DNA from: Lentisphaeria bacterium
GTDB lineage: Bacteria; Verrucomicrobiota; Lentisphaeria; JABSQK01; JAWLHB01
Length of the DNA stretch: 64,000 nt
Assembly (NCBI GenBank): GCA_041690595.1
Contig: JAWLHB010000015.1
Location: 1-64,000 of the forward strand
Direction: 5' to 3'
Positions 1 through 9,652 of the stretch are shown one piece after another (position 1 is the stretch's first letter; each line of letters begins with the position of its first letter). The translations under genes and the position numbers were made by a program. Under the pieces are notes generated by a model. That model searched no databases, was not told the DNA's origin, and saw only the letters and a program-made list of their open reading frames with translations.

Positions 1-97
1 GTCCACCACTTGCCGGTTCACCACACCCGCAAGCCGTAGAAACGGTGGCCTCGTCAACCAAACTCTGCAAGTCAATGGGCATACATTGCCGTCACAT

Positions 98-632
98 TGT
101 CGGGCCTGTCGAGGCTAACGCTAATGAAATTGCGCTCACGCGGGGAGATGGCAAGGGTTCCAGTCGCGGTTCGGAGAACCCCTCCCACGTTGTGCGCTCA
201 CGCGGGGGGATGGCAAGGGTACTAATCGCGGTTCGGAGAACCCCTCCCACGCTGTCGGGCCTGTTGAGGCTAACGCGAATGAAATTGCGCTCACGCGGGG
301 GGATGGCAAGGGTACTAATCGCGGTTCGGAGAACCCCTCCCACGCTGTCGGGCCTGTTGAGGCTAACGCGAATGAAATTGCGCTCACGCGGGGGGATGGC
401 AAGGGTTCTAGTCGCGGTTCGGAGAACCCCTCCCACGCTGTCGGGCCTGTTGAGGCTAACGCTAATGAAATTGCGCTTACGCTGGGGGATGGCAAGGGTT
501 CTAGTCGCGGTTCGGAGAACCCCTCCCACGTTGTCGGGCATGTGGAGGCTAACGCTAATGAAATTACGCTCACGCGGGGGGATGGCAAGGGTTCTTGTCG
601 CGTTTCGGAGAACCGCTCCCACGTTGTCGGGC
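98..632. repeat. 93-bp tandem repeat array containing a REP-like hairpin (5 full units plus one unit with a 31-bp deletion)
   Basis: Units start at 98, 191 (62 bp), 253, 346, 439 and 532, with an 8-bp tail at 625. Consensus is TGTCGGGCCTGTTGAGGCTAACGC(T/G)AATGAAATTGCGCTCACGCGGGGGGATGGCAAGGGT(T/A)CTA(G/A)TCGCGGTTCGGAGAACCCCTCCCACG(T/C). The minus strand reads GTGG-GAG(G/C)GGTTC-TCC-GAACCGCGA. Confidence 0.95.
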
Positions 633-726
633 GAAGCGCGGAGGCTTGCAAGGCGTCCGGGCGATGCTATTTGTACCTTTTCCACCGCGCCGTTGGCGCG
701 TTCCATTTACCCTGGGGAATGTGAAT

Positions 727-927
727 ATGACGATTACCTTGAACGGCAAGTCGCAGATCCTGGATGAGAGCGCTGAGCTGCTCGCCATCCTCCACGATCG
801 GCAGGTCGATCCCGCCCATGTTGTGGTCGAGATCAACCAGTCCATCATTCCGCGCGATGCCTTCGCCACCACGCTGGTCAATGACGGCGATGCCATAGAA
901 ATTCTGCGCTTTGTGGGAGGGGGTTGA
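727..927 (+). CDS. thiS: Sulfur carrier protein ThiS
   Basis: 66 aa from ATG 727 (MTITLNGK...), ending in EILRFVGGG. Lies directly before thiG. Confidence 0.95.
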   Translation: MTITLNGKSQILDESAELLAILHDRQVDPAHVVVEINQSIIPRDAFATTLVNDGDAIEILRFVGGG

Positions 928-1710
928 GTGATGAACGATGAGCTTGTCATTGGCGGTCAGGTGGTGCGGTCGCGGCTGATTACCGGATCGGGCAAGTACC
1001 AGGACGAGTCGATCATCCCGCAAGTGCTCGAAGCGGCCGGGTGCGACATTATTACGGTTGCCCTGCGACGCATGGATTTCGATCGTCCCACGGAGAACAT
1101 CCTGCGGCACGTGCCGAAAAACAAGATCCTGCTGCCGAACACCAGCGGAGCCCGCACTGCCGCGGAGGCCGTTCGCCTGGCCCGCCTGGCCCGCGCCACC
1201 GGCTGCGGCGACTGGATCAAGATCGAGGTCATCAACGATCAGAAGTTCCTCCTGCCGGACAATTACGAGACGATCAAGGCGACGGAAGTGCTTGCCGCCG
1301 AAGGCTTTGTGGTGCTGCCGTACATGTGCCCGGATCTGGGTACGGCGCGGCGGCTGGTGGATGCGGGCGCCGCGGCCATCATGCCGCTGGGCGCGCCGAT
1401 CGGCACCAATCGCGGGATCCGTACCCGTGACCTGATCGAGATCCTCATCGAGGAGATTGCCCTCCCGATCATTGTGGATGCCGGCATTGGTCGCCCCTCG
1501 CATGCCACGGAGGCCATGGAGATGGGCGCGGCGGCTGTCCTGCTGAATACCGCCATCGCCACGGCTGATGACCCCATCGCCATGGCCCGCGCCTTCCGCC
1601 TGGCGGTCGAAGCCGGCCGCCTTGCCTATCTTGGCGGCATGCCCGGCGCCAGTACCTTTGCTCGTGCCTCTTCGCCACTGACCGGGTTCCTCGATCAGAC
1701 GGAGGCATAG
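928..1710 (+). CDS. thiG: Thiazole synthase ThiG
   Basis: Motifs [44 protein letters not shown] and ASSPLTGFL. Confidence 0.97.
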   Translation: MMNDELVIGGQVVRSRLITGSGKYQDESIIPQVLEAAGCDIITVALRRMDFDRPTENILRHVPKNKILLPNTSGARTAAEAVRLARLARATGCGDWIKIEVINDQKFLLPDNYETIKATEVLAAEGFVVLPYMCPDLGTARRLVDAGAAAIMPLGAPIGTNRGIRTRDLIEILIEEIALPIIVDAGIGRPSHATEAMEMGAAAVLLNTAIATADDPIAMARAFRLAVEAGRLAYLGGMPGASTFARASSPLTGFLDQTEA

Positions 1711-1713
1711 GCC

Positions 1714-2829
1714 ATGCCCTTCATGGAGCTGCTCGACGAGTACGCCGACTTCGATTTCCATGGCTTTCTGGCCTCTGTCACCGCCAACCAAGTGGAACGG
1801 GTGTTGGCGAAGTCGCACCTCAACGCGCAGGATTACCTGACGCTTCTCGCCCCCGCGGCAGCTGCTTATCTGGAGCCGATGGCGCAGCGAGCCAGTGCGC
1901 TCACCCGGCAGCACTTCGGCAACTGCATCTTCATCTTCACGCCGCTCTACATCTCCAATTACTGCGTCAATCACTGCCGATACTGCTCGTTCGCGGTCGA
2001 TCATCACATCCACCGCCGTCACCTCGGCCTTGAGGAGATAGAAGCGGAAGCGTTGCGCATTGCGGGTGAAGGCATTCGTCACCTGCTGGTACTGACGGGA
2101 GAAGCGCGTCACAAGGCCTCTCCGGAGTACATCGAAGCGGCCATTCGCATCATCCGTCCGCACCTGTCGGCCATTGGCATCGAGGTCTATGCCATGACCG
2201 AGGAAGAGTATGGCCGCCTCATCGAAGCCGGCGTCGACTCCCTGACCATCTATCAGGAAACCTATGACCGCACCCTCTATGCGCAGCTGCACGAGGGCGG
2301 CCCCAAGGCGGATTTTGCTTTCCGCATCGACGCGCCGGAACGTGCCTGCCGACGCCAGATTCGCGGCGTGGCTGTCGGCGCCCTGCTTGGCCTGGCCGAT
2401 CCACGGATCGACAGCTTCTTCACGGGCTTGCACGCCCATTATCTGCAGCAGGCCTTTCCAGCCACGGAAGTTTCCGCCTCCTTTCCGCGGATGCGCCCCT
2501 TCGAAGGGGGCCACTTCCAGGTTGAGCACGATGTGGACGATCGGCTCTTCGTGCAGTTCATGCTCGCCTTCCGCCTCTTCCTGCCCCGGGTCGGCATTAC
2601 GGTCAGCACCCGCGAACGCGCCAGCTTCCGGGATCACCTGGTACGGCTGGGCGTCACCCGCATGTCGGCCGGGGTCTCGACCGCGGTGGGACATGATCCG
2701 GAAGGATCGACCGCTCAGTTCGAGATCGCGGATACACGCAGCGTCGACCAGATGCGTCGGGACCTTGCCGCTTTCGGTTATCAGGCCGTCATGCACGACT
2801 GGAACAGCCGGTATCTCGCGGTCCGGTAA
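1714..2829 (+). CDS. thiH: 2-iminoacetate synthase ThiH (radical SAM tyrosine lyase)
   Basis: PLYISNYCVNHCRYC (CxxxCxxC), YQETY, STRE and QFEIADTRS motifs. In an operon with thiSG. Confidence 0.95.
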   Translation: MPFMELLDEYADFDFHGFLASVTANQVERVLAKSHLNAQDYLTLLAPAAAAYLEPMAQRASALTRQHFGNCIFIFTPLYISNYCVNHCRYCSFAVDHHIHRRHLGLEEIEAEALRIAGEGIRHLLVLTGEARHKASPEYIEAAIRIIRPHLSAIGIEVYAMTEEEYGRLIEAGVDSLTIYQETYDRTLYAQLHEGGPKADFAFRIDAPERACRRQIRGVAVGALLGLADPRIDSFFTGLHAHYLQQAFPATEVSASFPRMRPFEGGHFQVEHDVDDRLFVQFMLAFRLFLPRVGITVSTRERASFRDHLVRLGVTRMSAGVSTAVGHDPEGSTAQFEIADTRSVDQMRRDLAAFGYQAVMHDWNSRYLAVR

Positions 2830-2835
2830 GGGCTC

Positions 2836-5085
2836 TTACTCCTGCTCGAAGATCGCGGAGAAGTCGATGTCTTCGTTGGCGAGGATGAGCGCCGTGGGAG
2901 GAAGCTGGATGGTGTTCGCCAGCAGCTGCCTGTAGTACTCGCTGTAGGCTTCCGCGGCTTCATCCGCGGCCGGGGCGCGAATGCCGAGAAAGACCAGATC
3001 CGAGCCGACGGAGCTGTTACGGATGGTGGTGAAGATGTCGGCGCCTGATGGCTTGACGATCACCTCGGCTTCCGCGTCGAGCCGACTCTGCTCGATGAAG
3101 GCGAGCAGGTGTTTTCGGCTCAAAGCAACCTTCTCTTCGCTGTCGACCACGGTCTTGAGAACGAGGCTGGAAGAACGCCATCCGTGACTGCGTCCGAGCA
3201 GGTAGGCGAGCGCCAGCATCAGGCCCCGATTCTTGGGATTTTCCGTCAGCCAGACATCGATGCGCATGCCTTCCAGGAACTGCGGAACATCTTCGCTCTC
3301 GCGGACGATGACAAGATTCTGGCGGCGGCGATGGATGTGTTGTATCAGCTTGGCATAGCGCACGAAGTGTTCCGGCTTCTGGGTCTCACCGAGGAGGATG
3401 GTGTTGGGCGTGATGGGGCCGAAACCATAGGTTTTGACCAGATCGTGCATGCCTTCCATGGCATCCGCGGCTGGATAGACCTTGGACAGGCCGGAGACCC
3501 CCCGTTTGTCGAGGTAGTTCTTGATCGACGAGGCGAGGGAAAGGAGGCGATCAGTGCTGGTATCCTCGGGGACCACCGTTCCGACGGTCAGCAGCCCGCG
3601 TCCTTGAGAAATGGCGTTGGCCAGCTCGATCAGGTACCAGCGACTGGTCGGGGTTCCGCTGAGAACGAGAATGTTCGGCCGCCAGGTGTGTTCATCGAGC
3701 TGCCGTTCGGACAAGGCATGCACGGCATGTCGGACGAGGAGCATGGACAAGCCGCTGCGCATGTCACCCCAGCTTGCCCGCAGGCTGCGGCGCTTCATCA
3801 GGTAATAGACGGTGCCGGAAACGAAGCCCGCCAGGAAGGTGGCGCCGGGGTTGATCATGAACATGGTGGCAAAGCAGGCAAAGGCCCCGATCAGGGACAG
3901 AGCCCACGGCACCCGGAACTTCGGCCGCCAGGAAGGGGGGCTCAGCAACTCCTCCAGCCCCGCTGAAACATTCAGGAGGCCATACGACGTGAGAAAGAAC
4001 ATCGAGAGGATTGGCGCGATGAGATTGAGGTCGCCCAGCATGACCCCCACAAAGGCCACCAAGAAACTGACCGCTGTTGCCACGCGCGGATCGTTCCCCC
4101 TGCCGAACCCGTGGCCCAGTATCCTCGGCACAATGCGATCGACGGCCAGTGCCTGGAGGGTGCGAGGCGCTCCCAGCAAGGCCCCCATGGCGCTCGAAAG
4201 CGACGCCGCCCACACGCCCAGCACGATGAGCGAACCGTAACGGGCCACATCCCGCATGATCATCGGGTTGGTGATCAGGCGGGAAGGATGGTTGAGCAGG
4301 TAATGAAGGTAGATTGGAATGGCCATATAGACTACATAGCCGGTCAGGACAGCCGCTATTGTGCCGCGAGGAAGCGATTTCGCCGGATCCTTGAGGTCAC
4401 CGGACATGGCGATGCCCGCCTCGATCCCCGTTACCGCCGGAAAGAAGATGGCGAACATCAGGAAGAAGTCTTTCTGACGAATAAAGGATTCCGGATCGGG
4501 CGGAGGTGCATCCGGTCGGGTTCCGAGGAAGAAGGAGATCAGCGAAACGAAGATGAGCCCCATGACGATGAACTGCGTCTTGAGCGCCAGGTCGGCGGAA
4601 TAATAGGCGAGGGCGGTGAGAATGCAGAGCGTGACGATGCCCACCCCCGGCGCCGTCAGCGTTATCTCGATGGCGCCGTAATAGGGCAGGGTCAACGCCA
4701 CGACATGGAAGGTGTTGACCAATGCTTCGGAAAAGCCGGCAATGTAGAAGGATATGCCCAGCGCCTGCGCGAAGAAGAGCGGCAACCCCACCGCGGCCCC
4801 GGCCTCGATCCCCAGCGAGCGCGAAATGATGTAATAGGCTCCCCCACCGCCCACCTTCATATTGGTGGCCAGGGCAGAAAGCGACAGCCCCGTCATGAAG
4901 GTGATCGAGCTGGCGAGCGTCACGATGACCAGTGTCCAGCCCAGCCCCATGTTGCCGAGTACATAGCCAAAGCGCAGGTACATCACCACCCCGAGTATCG
5001 TCAGGATACTGGGGGTGAAGACTCCTTTGAAGGTGCCGAACTTGTACCCTTCCCTCGTCGAGATTCCGGCGGATGTATCGCTCAT
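2836..5085 (-). CDS. Cation-chloride cotransporter (SLC12/CCC-like, APC superfamily) with a large cytoplasmic C-terminal domain
   Basis: Start MSDTSAG at 5085. Motifs FGTFKGVFTPSILTILGVVMYLR, GGGAYYIISRSLG, FAIFFPAVTGI, MSGDLKDP, APRTLQALA and WRPNILV. Confidence 0.9.
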   Translation of the reverse strand: MSDTSAGISTREGYKFGTFKGVFTPSILTILGVVMYLRFGYVLGNMGLGWTLVIVTLASSITFMTGLSLSALATNMKVGGGGAYYIISRSLGIEAGAAVGLPLFFAQALGISFYIAGFSEALVNTFHVVALTLPYYGAIEITLTAPGVGIVTLCILTALAYYSADLALKTQFIVMGLIFVSLISFFLGTRPDAPPPDPESFIRQKDFFLMFAIFFPAVTGIEAGIAMSGDLKDPAKSLPRGTIAAVLTGYVVYMAIPIYLHYLLNHPSRLITNPMIMRDVARYGSLIVLGVWAASLSSAMGALLGAPRTLQALAVDRIVPRILGHGFGRGNDPRVATAVSFLVAFVGVMLGDLNLIAPILSMFFLTSYGLLNVSAGLEELLSPPSWRPKFRVPWALSLIGAFACFATMFMINPGATFLAGFVSGTVYYLMKRRSLRASWGDMRSGLSMLLVRHAVHALSERQLDEHTWRPNILVLSGTPTSRWYLIELANAISQGRGLLTVGTVVPEDTSTDRLLSLASSIKNYLDKRGVSGLSKVYPAADAMEGMHDLVKTYGFGPITPNTILLGETQKPEHFVRYAKLIQHIHRRRQNLVIVRESEDVPQFLEGMRIDVWLTENPKNRGLMLALAYLLGRSHGWRSSSLVLKTVVDSEEKVALSRKHLLAFIEQSRLDAEAEVIVKPSGADIFTTIRNSSVGSDLVFLGIRAPAADEAAEAYSEYYRQLLANTIQLPPTALILANEDIDFSAIFEQE

Positions 5086-5087
5086 GC

Positions 5088-5753
5088 TCAATCCACCCGG
5101 TAAATCAAGTTGGGCAGCAGGATAGTGTGCTCGACATCGCGGCCGATCAGGTCGCTCGGCTGATCGCCGATGCTCAGGTAGAGCCGATGCCCCGCCGCCT
5201 TGAGTTGTGCACGTGCATCGCGCTTGAAGTCGGCGGTGGGTCCCCTCGCCTCGTCCGGCTTCATCACCAGCAACTCCCACCCGCTGTAGCCGGCCTGCCG
5301 CAGCGCCTGCTCGGTCTCCGTGCGGATGGATTCGCGCCGTCCGGTCAGGAAGACCAGGCGAAAGCCCAGATCCCGGGCCACCTTGCTGACCTGCAGAATG
5401 GGCTCCAGAGGTGGAGCCTTGGCCTCGGCGCGCCACGCCTGGAGTGCCGGATAGTAGAAGCCGAGGCCGACGCGTCGCTGGTACTCCCAGGTACTGATTG
5501 CCGTATCGTCGACATCGAGGATCAGCGTCGGCGCGACTGGCTCGATACCGGCCTGCTTCACCAGTGTCAGCGCGCGGTTGCCCGCCTGCTGTATCTCCCG
5601 GTCGTAAGCGCCACCTTCATAATACTGAACGATAGCGGCCCTGGCATCTTGCAGGTGGACGGGCCGATGCAAGGCGCACCCAGTCATCGACAGCCAGGCG
5701 ACGCAAAGCGCCAGTCGGCCGAGACGAATGGCTGCAGGTTGTCGAATGCCCAT
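5088..5753 (-). CDS. HAD-superfamily (IIIB) acid phosphatase, predicted lipoprotein
   Basis: DVDDT motif I, LTGR and IGDQPSDL motifs, LPN C-terminus. Signal peptide ends in a lipobox-like MTG-C. Start taken at MGIRQ (5753). Confidence 0.88.
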   Translation of the reverse strand: MGIRQPAAIRLGRLALCVAWLSMTGCALHRPVHLQDARAAIVQYYEGGAYDREIQQAGNRALTLVKQAGIEPVAPTLILDVDDTAISTWEYQRRVGLGFYYPALQAWRAEAKAPPLEPILQVSKVARDLGFRLVFLTGRRESIRTETEQALRQAGYSGWELLVMKPDEARGPTADFKRDARAQLKAAGHRLYLSIGDQPSDLIGRDVEHTILLPNLIYRVD

Positions 5754-5835
5754 GATCGAATCCGTCTTCAAGGTGAGGTGCTGGACAAAAGCTCCTAATG
5801 TAAGGGGTTGTCGGCAAAAGGCAATCCTCACCGCG

Positions 5836-5864
5836 TTGCACACTTCTCATGCTGATGGTACAGT
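5836..5864 (+). promoter_or_regulatory. Putative sigma70 promoter for the beta-CASP gene
   Basis: TTGCAC-17 bp-TACAGT with a TGn extended -10. Confidence 0.5.
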
Positions 5865-5919
5865 GCACTATTCGCGGGAGGATGCACCCGCGGCAACCAA
5901 GTAGTCAAGGGGGCTGATT

Positions 5920-7326
5920 GTGGCACTTATCTATCAGGCTTATGGCGCGGCGCGCGAGGTAACCGGTTCCAAACATCTTTTTCGCAGGGGCAGCAATTCC
6001 TGGCTGCTCGATTGCGGGGCTTTCCAGGGACATCGCGTCGAATCCCAGACGCGCAACCTCAGTCTGCCATTCGATCCCGCGAAGCTCGACGATGTCTTGC
6101 TCAGTCACGCCCACTTCGATCATTCCGGCAACCTGCCGACCCTCATCAAGAAGGGTTTCACCGGCAACATCCATGCGACTCCCGCCACCCGCGATATCGC
6201 CAACCTGATCCTCATGGATTCCGCGCATATCCAGCAGAAGGACTATGACTTCATCAAACGCAAGCGCCCGGGAGAGACGCCGGTCGAGCCGCTTTACGGA
6301 GTCCGCGACGTCCTGACCACCATCGAGCACATGGTGACGATGAGCTATCGGCGCCCGATGCGGCTGGCCGGCGGCGTGACCGCCCAGTTCCTCGAGGCCG
6401 GCCATATTCTGGGTGCCTCCATGGTTCACCTCACCTTTCCGGCTGCCGATGGCGAAAAGGGCATGGAAGTACTGTACACCGGCGATATCGGCCGACGGGG
6501 CATGCCGATCATTCGCGATCCCGAGCGCATCCCCGATGTCGACTACATTCTCTGCGAAGGGACCTACGGCAACCGGCTGCACGATCCGATCGACGATGCC
6601 CTCGATCAGTTGGCTGAAGTCATCAACTCGACGTTCAGCAAAGGGGGCAAGGTCATCATTCCGGCCTTTGCGGTGGAACGAACCCAGGAGCTGATCTATT
6701 TCCTGCACCTGTTGAGCGACCGCGAGCGCATCCCGAACGCGGAAATCTTCATCGACAGCCCGATGGCGGTCAACGCCACCAGCATCTTCAAGGTCCATCA
6801 GGAATGCTACAACGAACGGGTCTTCGAGCAGTTTCTGGAGCATCACAAGAACCCCTTCGGCTTCGAGCACGTGCGCTACGTCACCCATGTTTCCGAGTCG
6901 AAACTGCTCAACGACCGCAAGATGCCCTGCATCATCATTTCCGCCAGCGGCATGTGCGAAGCGGGCCGCATCCTCCATCACCTGAAGAACAACATCACCA
7001 ACCCAGCCAACACCGTCCTGATCGTCGGTTACATGGCGGAAGGCACGCTGGGACGGAAGATTGCCGATCGCGAAAAGACCGTCCGCATCTTCGGCCAGAC
7101 TTATCCGCTCAACTGCCGCGTCAAGATCCTCAACACGTTCAGCGCACATGCGGACTACAGCGACATCGTCGACTATCTCCGGCCGGTGAACAAGCAGCGT
7201 CTGCGCGGCGTCTATCTCGTCCATGGTGAGGAAGCGGCGCTGGAGAATCTGCGGGGAGAGCTGCGCAAGATCGGCATCGACAATGTCGCGATTCCGCACG
7301 AAGGGGAGAAGATACACCTGGTATGA
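5920..7326 (+). CDS. MBL-fold beta-CASP family RNA-metabolising hydrolase
   Basis: GAAREVTGSKH, DCGAFQG, HAHFDH, AGHILG, TGDIG, EGTYG, ASGMCEAGRILHHL and FSAHAD motifs. Confidence 0.93.
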   Translation: MALIYQAYGAAREVTGSKHLFRRGSNSWLLDCGAFQGHRVESQTRNLSLPFDPAKLDDVLLSHAHFDHSGNLPTLIKKGFTGNIHATPATRDIANLILMDSAHIQQKDYDFIKRKRPGETPVEPLYGVRDVLTTIEHMVTMSYRRPMRLAGGVTAQFLEAGHILGASMVHLTFPAADGEKGMEVLYTGDIGRRGMPIIRDPERIPDVDYILCEGTYGNRLHDPIDDALDQLAEVINSTFSKGGKVIIPAFAVERTQELIYFLHLLSDRERIPNAEIFIDSPMAVNATSIFKVHQECYNERVFEQFLEHHKNPFGFEHVRYVTHVSESKLLNDRKMPCIIISASGMCEAGRILHHLKNNITNPANTVLIVGYMAEGTLGRKIADREKTVRIFGQTYPLNCRVKILNTFSAHADYSDIVDYLRPVNKQRLRGVYLVHGEEAALENLRGELRKIGIDNVAIPHEGEKIHLV

Positions 7327-7565
7327 CGACACGCTGCCCTTGCCGCTGAACCGGGGGACGCGAGTTCCGGTGGAAGCAACCTATTTTCGTTGCCGTTCGG
7401 GCTGGATTTGCTGGGCGAGGGGGTGTATACTACCCGTTCCCAGCAGAAGCAGGTCGTTTGTCGTCGCGTCATCTTTGGTAACGCGAACGATTCTGCGCAC
7501 ATTGCCGTCAGGAGAAGAATCTCCCCCGGCACTACACTTCGGCACCCTGAAACAGCAAGCGGACT

Positions 7566-8936
7566 ATGGAAGATATTCGGATCAGCGCCACCGCCAACGA
7601 GCCCTGCCACTACGCTCTTGAGATCACCGTTCCGGCAAAGCAAGTCAACGCCGTCTTCGGCAAGACCCTCAATGGCTTTCGGAACGAGGCCCCGATTCCC
7701 GGATTCCGGCCCGGCAAATCGCCTGAAGCCTTGCTGCGCAGACGCTTCGGGAGCAAAATTGCTGAGCAGGCGACACAGGAACTCCTGAAAGAATCGGTGC
7801 CGACGGCAATCGAACAGTCCAATCTCCGGCCTGTCACGATGCCTACCCTGCCGCAGGAGGATCCGATCGCCAAAGAAGGGGAAGACTTCAGCTTCACCAT
7901 CGAATTCGATGTCGCGCCAGAGGTGCAATTGCCCGAATACAAGGGCGTGGAACTGACCCGCCCCCGGATCGACGTCACGGAGGAGATGGTTGACGAACAG
8001 ATCGAGAATCTTCGCGCCCGCCACGCCGACTATCAGGTCGTCGAACGACCCGCGGAAAGCGGCGATCTGCTCAAGGTCTCGTATCATGCCGAGATGCCTG
8101 AGGACGGGGACGTTCCGGCTGCCGCCAAGCGCATGCTGCACGCGGACAATACCTGGATCCAGCTCACGGAGCCGGCAATCTTTCCGGGCGCCACCGAGAA
8201 GCTTATCGGCATCAACGGCGGCGAAACGCGTACCTTCGAGGTGAGCTTCCCCGACGATTACCGCGAAGAGTTCCTCAAGGGCAAGAGCTTCACCTACAGC
8301 TTTGACGTTCAGGAAGTGCAGACCCGCGTTCTGCCGGAAATGAACGATGAGCTGGCCAAGACCATTGGCGCCGAAAGCGTCGAGGAGCTGCGCCGGGAGA
8401 TTCGCGAGTATGCGGCCGCTGAGGTACGGAATTCGCAGGAGCAGGTGTTGCAGGGGCAGGTCTATGACCTGCTCTCCAAGGCCGAGGATTTTCCTCTTCC
8501 CCCGCGCATCCTGCAGCAGGAGGTTCTCTCCTGCATGCGCCAGATCATCAGCAACCGATATCGGCAGGGCGCGGCCGAGAACCTGGCGAACCAGCAGGAC
8601 GAGATGCTTGAGCAGTCCAAGGAGATGGCCCGCGGTCGCGTCAAGATGCGCTATATTATGTATGAGATAGCGGAAGCAGAAGGCATCAACGTTACCGAAG
8701 ACGAGGTCGCTGCTTTCATCAGACACTTCAAATCGCGCTCTGGCATGACCGATGCACAGTTCGATAAGCAGTACGACGCGAACCATTTGCAGCACGAGGC
8801 CGAAAATACGATCCTGAGTTCCAAAGTCATCGGCATGATCATCGAACATGCGACGGTGACGGAAAAGGATGAGGATGAGTTGGCGTCCGCGACAACAGAA
8901 GAAGCTGCCGAGAGCCAGGCGCCCGGGCAGGAATAG
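7566..8936 (+). CDS. tig: Trigger factor
   Basis: Ribosome-binding signature PGFRPGK, FKBP-like middle domain (FPDDY), upstream of clpP. Confidence 0.95.
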   Translation: MEDIRISATANEPCHYALEITVPAKQVNAVFGKTLNGFRNEAPIPGFRPGKSPEALLRRRFGSKIAEQATQELLKESVPTAIEQSNLRPVTMPTLPQEDPIAKEGEDFSFTIEFDVAPEVQLPEYKGVELTRPRIDVTEEMVDEQIENLRARHADYQVVERPAESGDLLKVSYHAEMPEDGDVPAAAKRMLHADNTWIQLTEPAIFPGATEKLIGINGGETRTFEVSFPDDYREEFLKGKSFTYSFDVQEVQTRVLPEMNDELAKTIGAESVEELRREIREYAAAEVRNSQEQVLQGQVYDLLSKAEDFPLPPRILQQEVLSCMRQIISNRYRQGAAENLANQQDEMLEQSKEMARGRVKMRYIMYEIAEAEGINVTEDEVAAFIRHFKSRSGMTDAQFDKQYDANHLQHEAENTILSSKVIGMIIEHATVTEKDEDELASATTEEAAESQAPGQE

Positions 8937-8993
8937 TTCCACCGGCGGCAGGCGCGAATCTTTCTATCAGACATAACCCCAGCCATCAAGCAT

Positions 8994-9626
8994 ATGGAGG
9001 CATTCATGCCGAGGGCACAAACACTTGTACCGATGGTCGTCGAGCAGGAAGCTCACGGCGAACGCGGCTACGATATCTTTTCCCGCCTGCTCAAGGACCG
9101 CATTGTCATCATGGGTACGGAAGTCAGCGATCATGTCGCTGACCTGCTGATAGCGGAGTTCCTCTACCTGCAGTCCGTCGATCCCAAGAAAGACATTCAG
9201 TTCTACATCAACAGCCCGGGCGGATCGGTGACGGCAGGACTGGCCATCTATGACACCATGCAGATGATCAGCTGCGACATTGCTACCTATTGCATTGGTC
9301 AGGCTGCCAGCATGGGAGCAGTCCTGCTTGCGGCTGGAGCCAAGGGCAAGCGTTATGCGCTCCCCAATGCCCGCATCATGATTCATCAGCCGTGGGGCGG
9401 CATGCAGGGTACTGCTTCCGACATCGGGATCCAGGCCAAGGAGATTCTCCGCCTGCGTACTATCCTCAATGAGATTCTTGCATCGCACTGCGATCAGAAG
9501 ATCAGCAAGATCGAGAAAGACACGGATCGCGACTTCTTCATGTCCGCGACCGAAGCGGTCAACTATGGCCTGGTCGATTCTGTCCTGAAGGCTCAGCCCA
9601 GAAAAGACCCGAAGAAGTCCGACTAA
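8994..9626 (+). CDS. clpP: ATP-dependent Clp protease proteolytic subunit
   Basis: [23 protein letters not shown] (catalytic Ser), MIHQP (His) and DRDFFMSA (Asp). Start could be 9006. Confidence 0.97.
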   Translation: MEAFMPRAQTLVPMVVEQEAHGERGYDIFSRLLKDRIVIMGTEVSDHVADLLIAEFLYLQSVDPKKDIQFYINSPGGSVTAGLAIYDTMQMISCDIATYCIGQAASMGAVLLAAGAKGKRYALPNARIMIHQPWGGMQGTASDIGIQAKEILRLRTILNEILASHCDQKISKIEKDTDRDFFMSATEAVNYGLVDSVLKAQPRKDPKKSD

Positions 9627-9652
9627 CGACAAGACAGCCCGAGGACGCACCA

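Noticed and set aside
98..632. CRISPR array
   Set aside because: The whole 93-bp unit repeats, so there are no unique spacers. No cas genes are in the window.
45..767. Repeat-protein ORFs (45-767 +, 92-706 -, 136-651 -)
   Set aside because: They stay open because the unit is 93 bp (31 codons) and GC-rich. The 62-bp unit shifts frame, there is no RBS, and one overlaps thiS.
5086..5436. N-terminal extensions in the ORF track (also 18442-18672, 37883-38206, 39632-39754, 44317-44556, 61596-61721, 62537-62647)
   Set aside because: They overlap neighbouring genes or intergenic elements. Downstream starts fit RBS, coupling and domain boundaries better.
7327..7565. tRNA upstream of tig
   Set aside because: Common at this position in other genomes, but no cloverleaf, GTTCRA T-arm in the right context or CCA end is visible.
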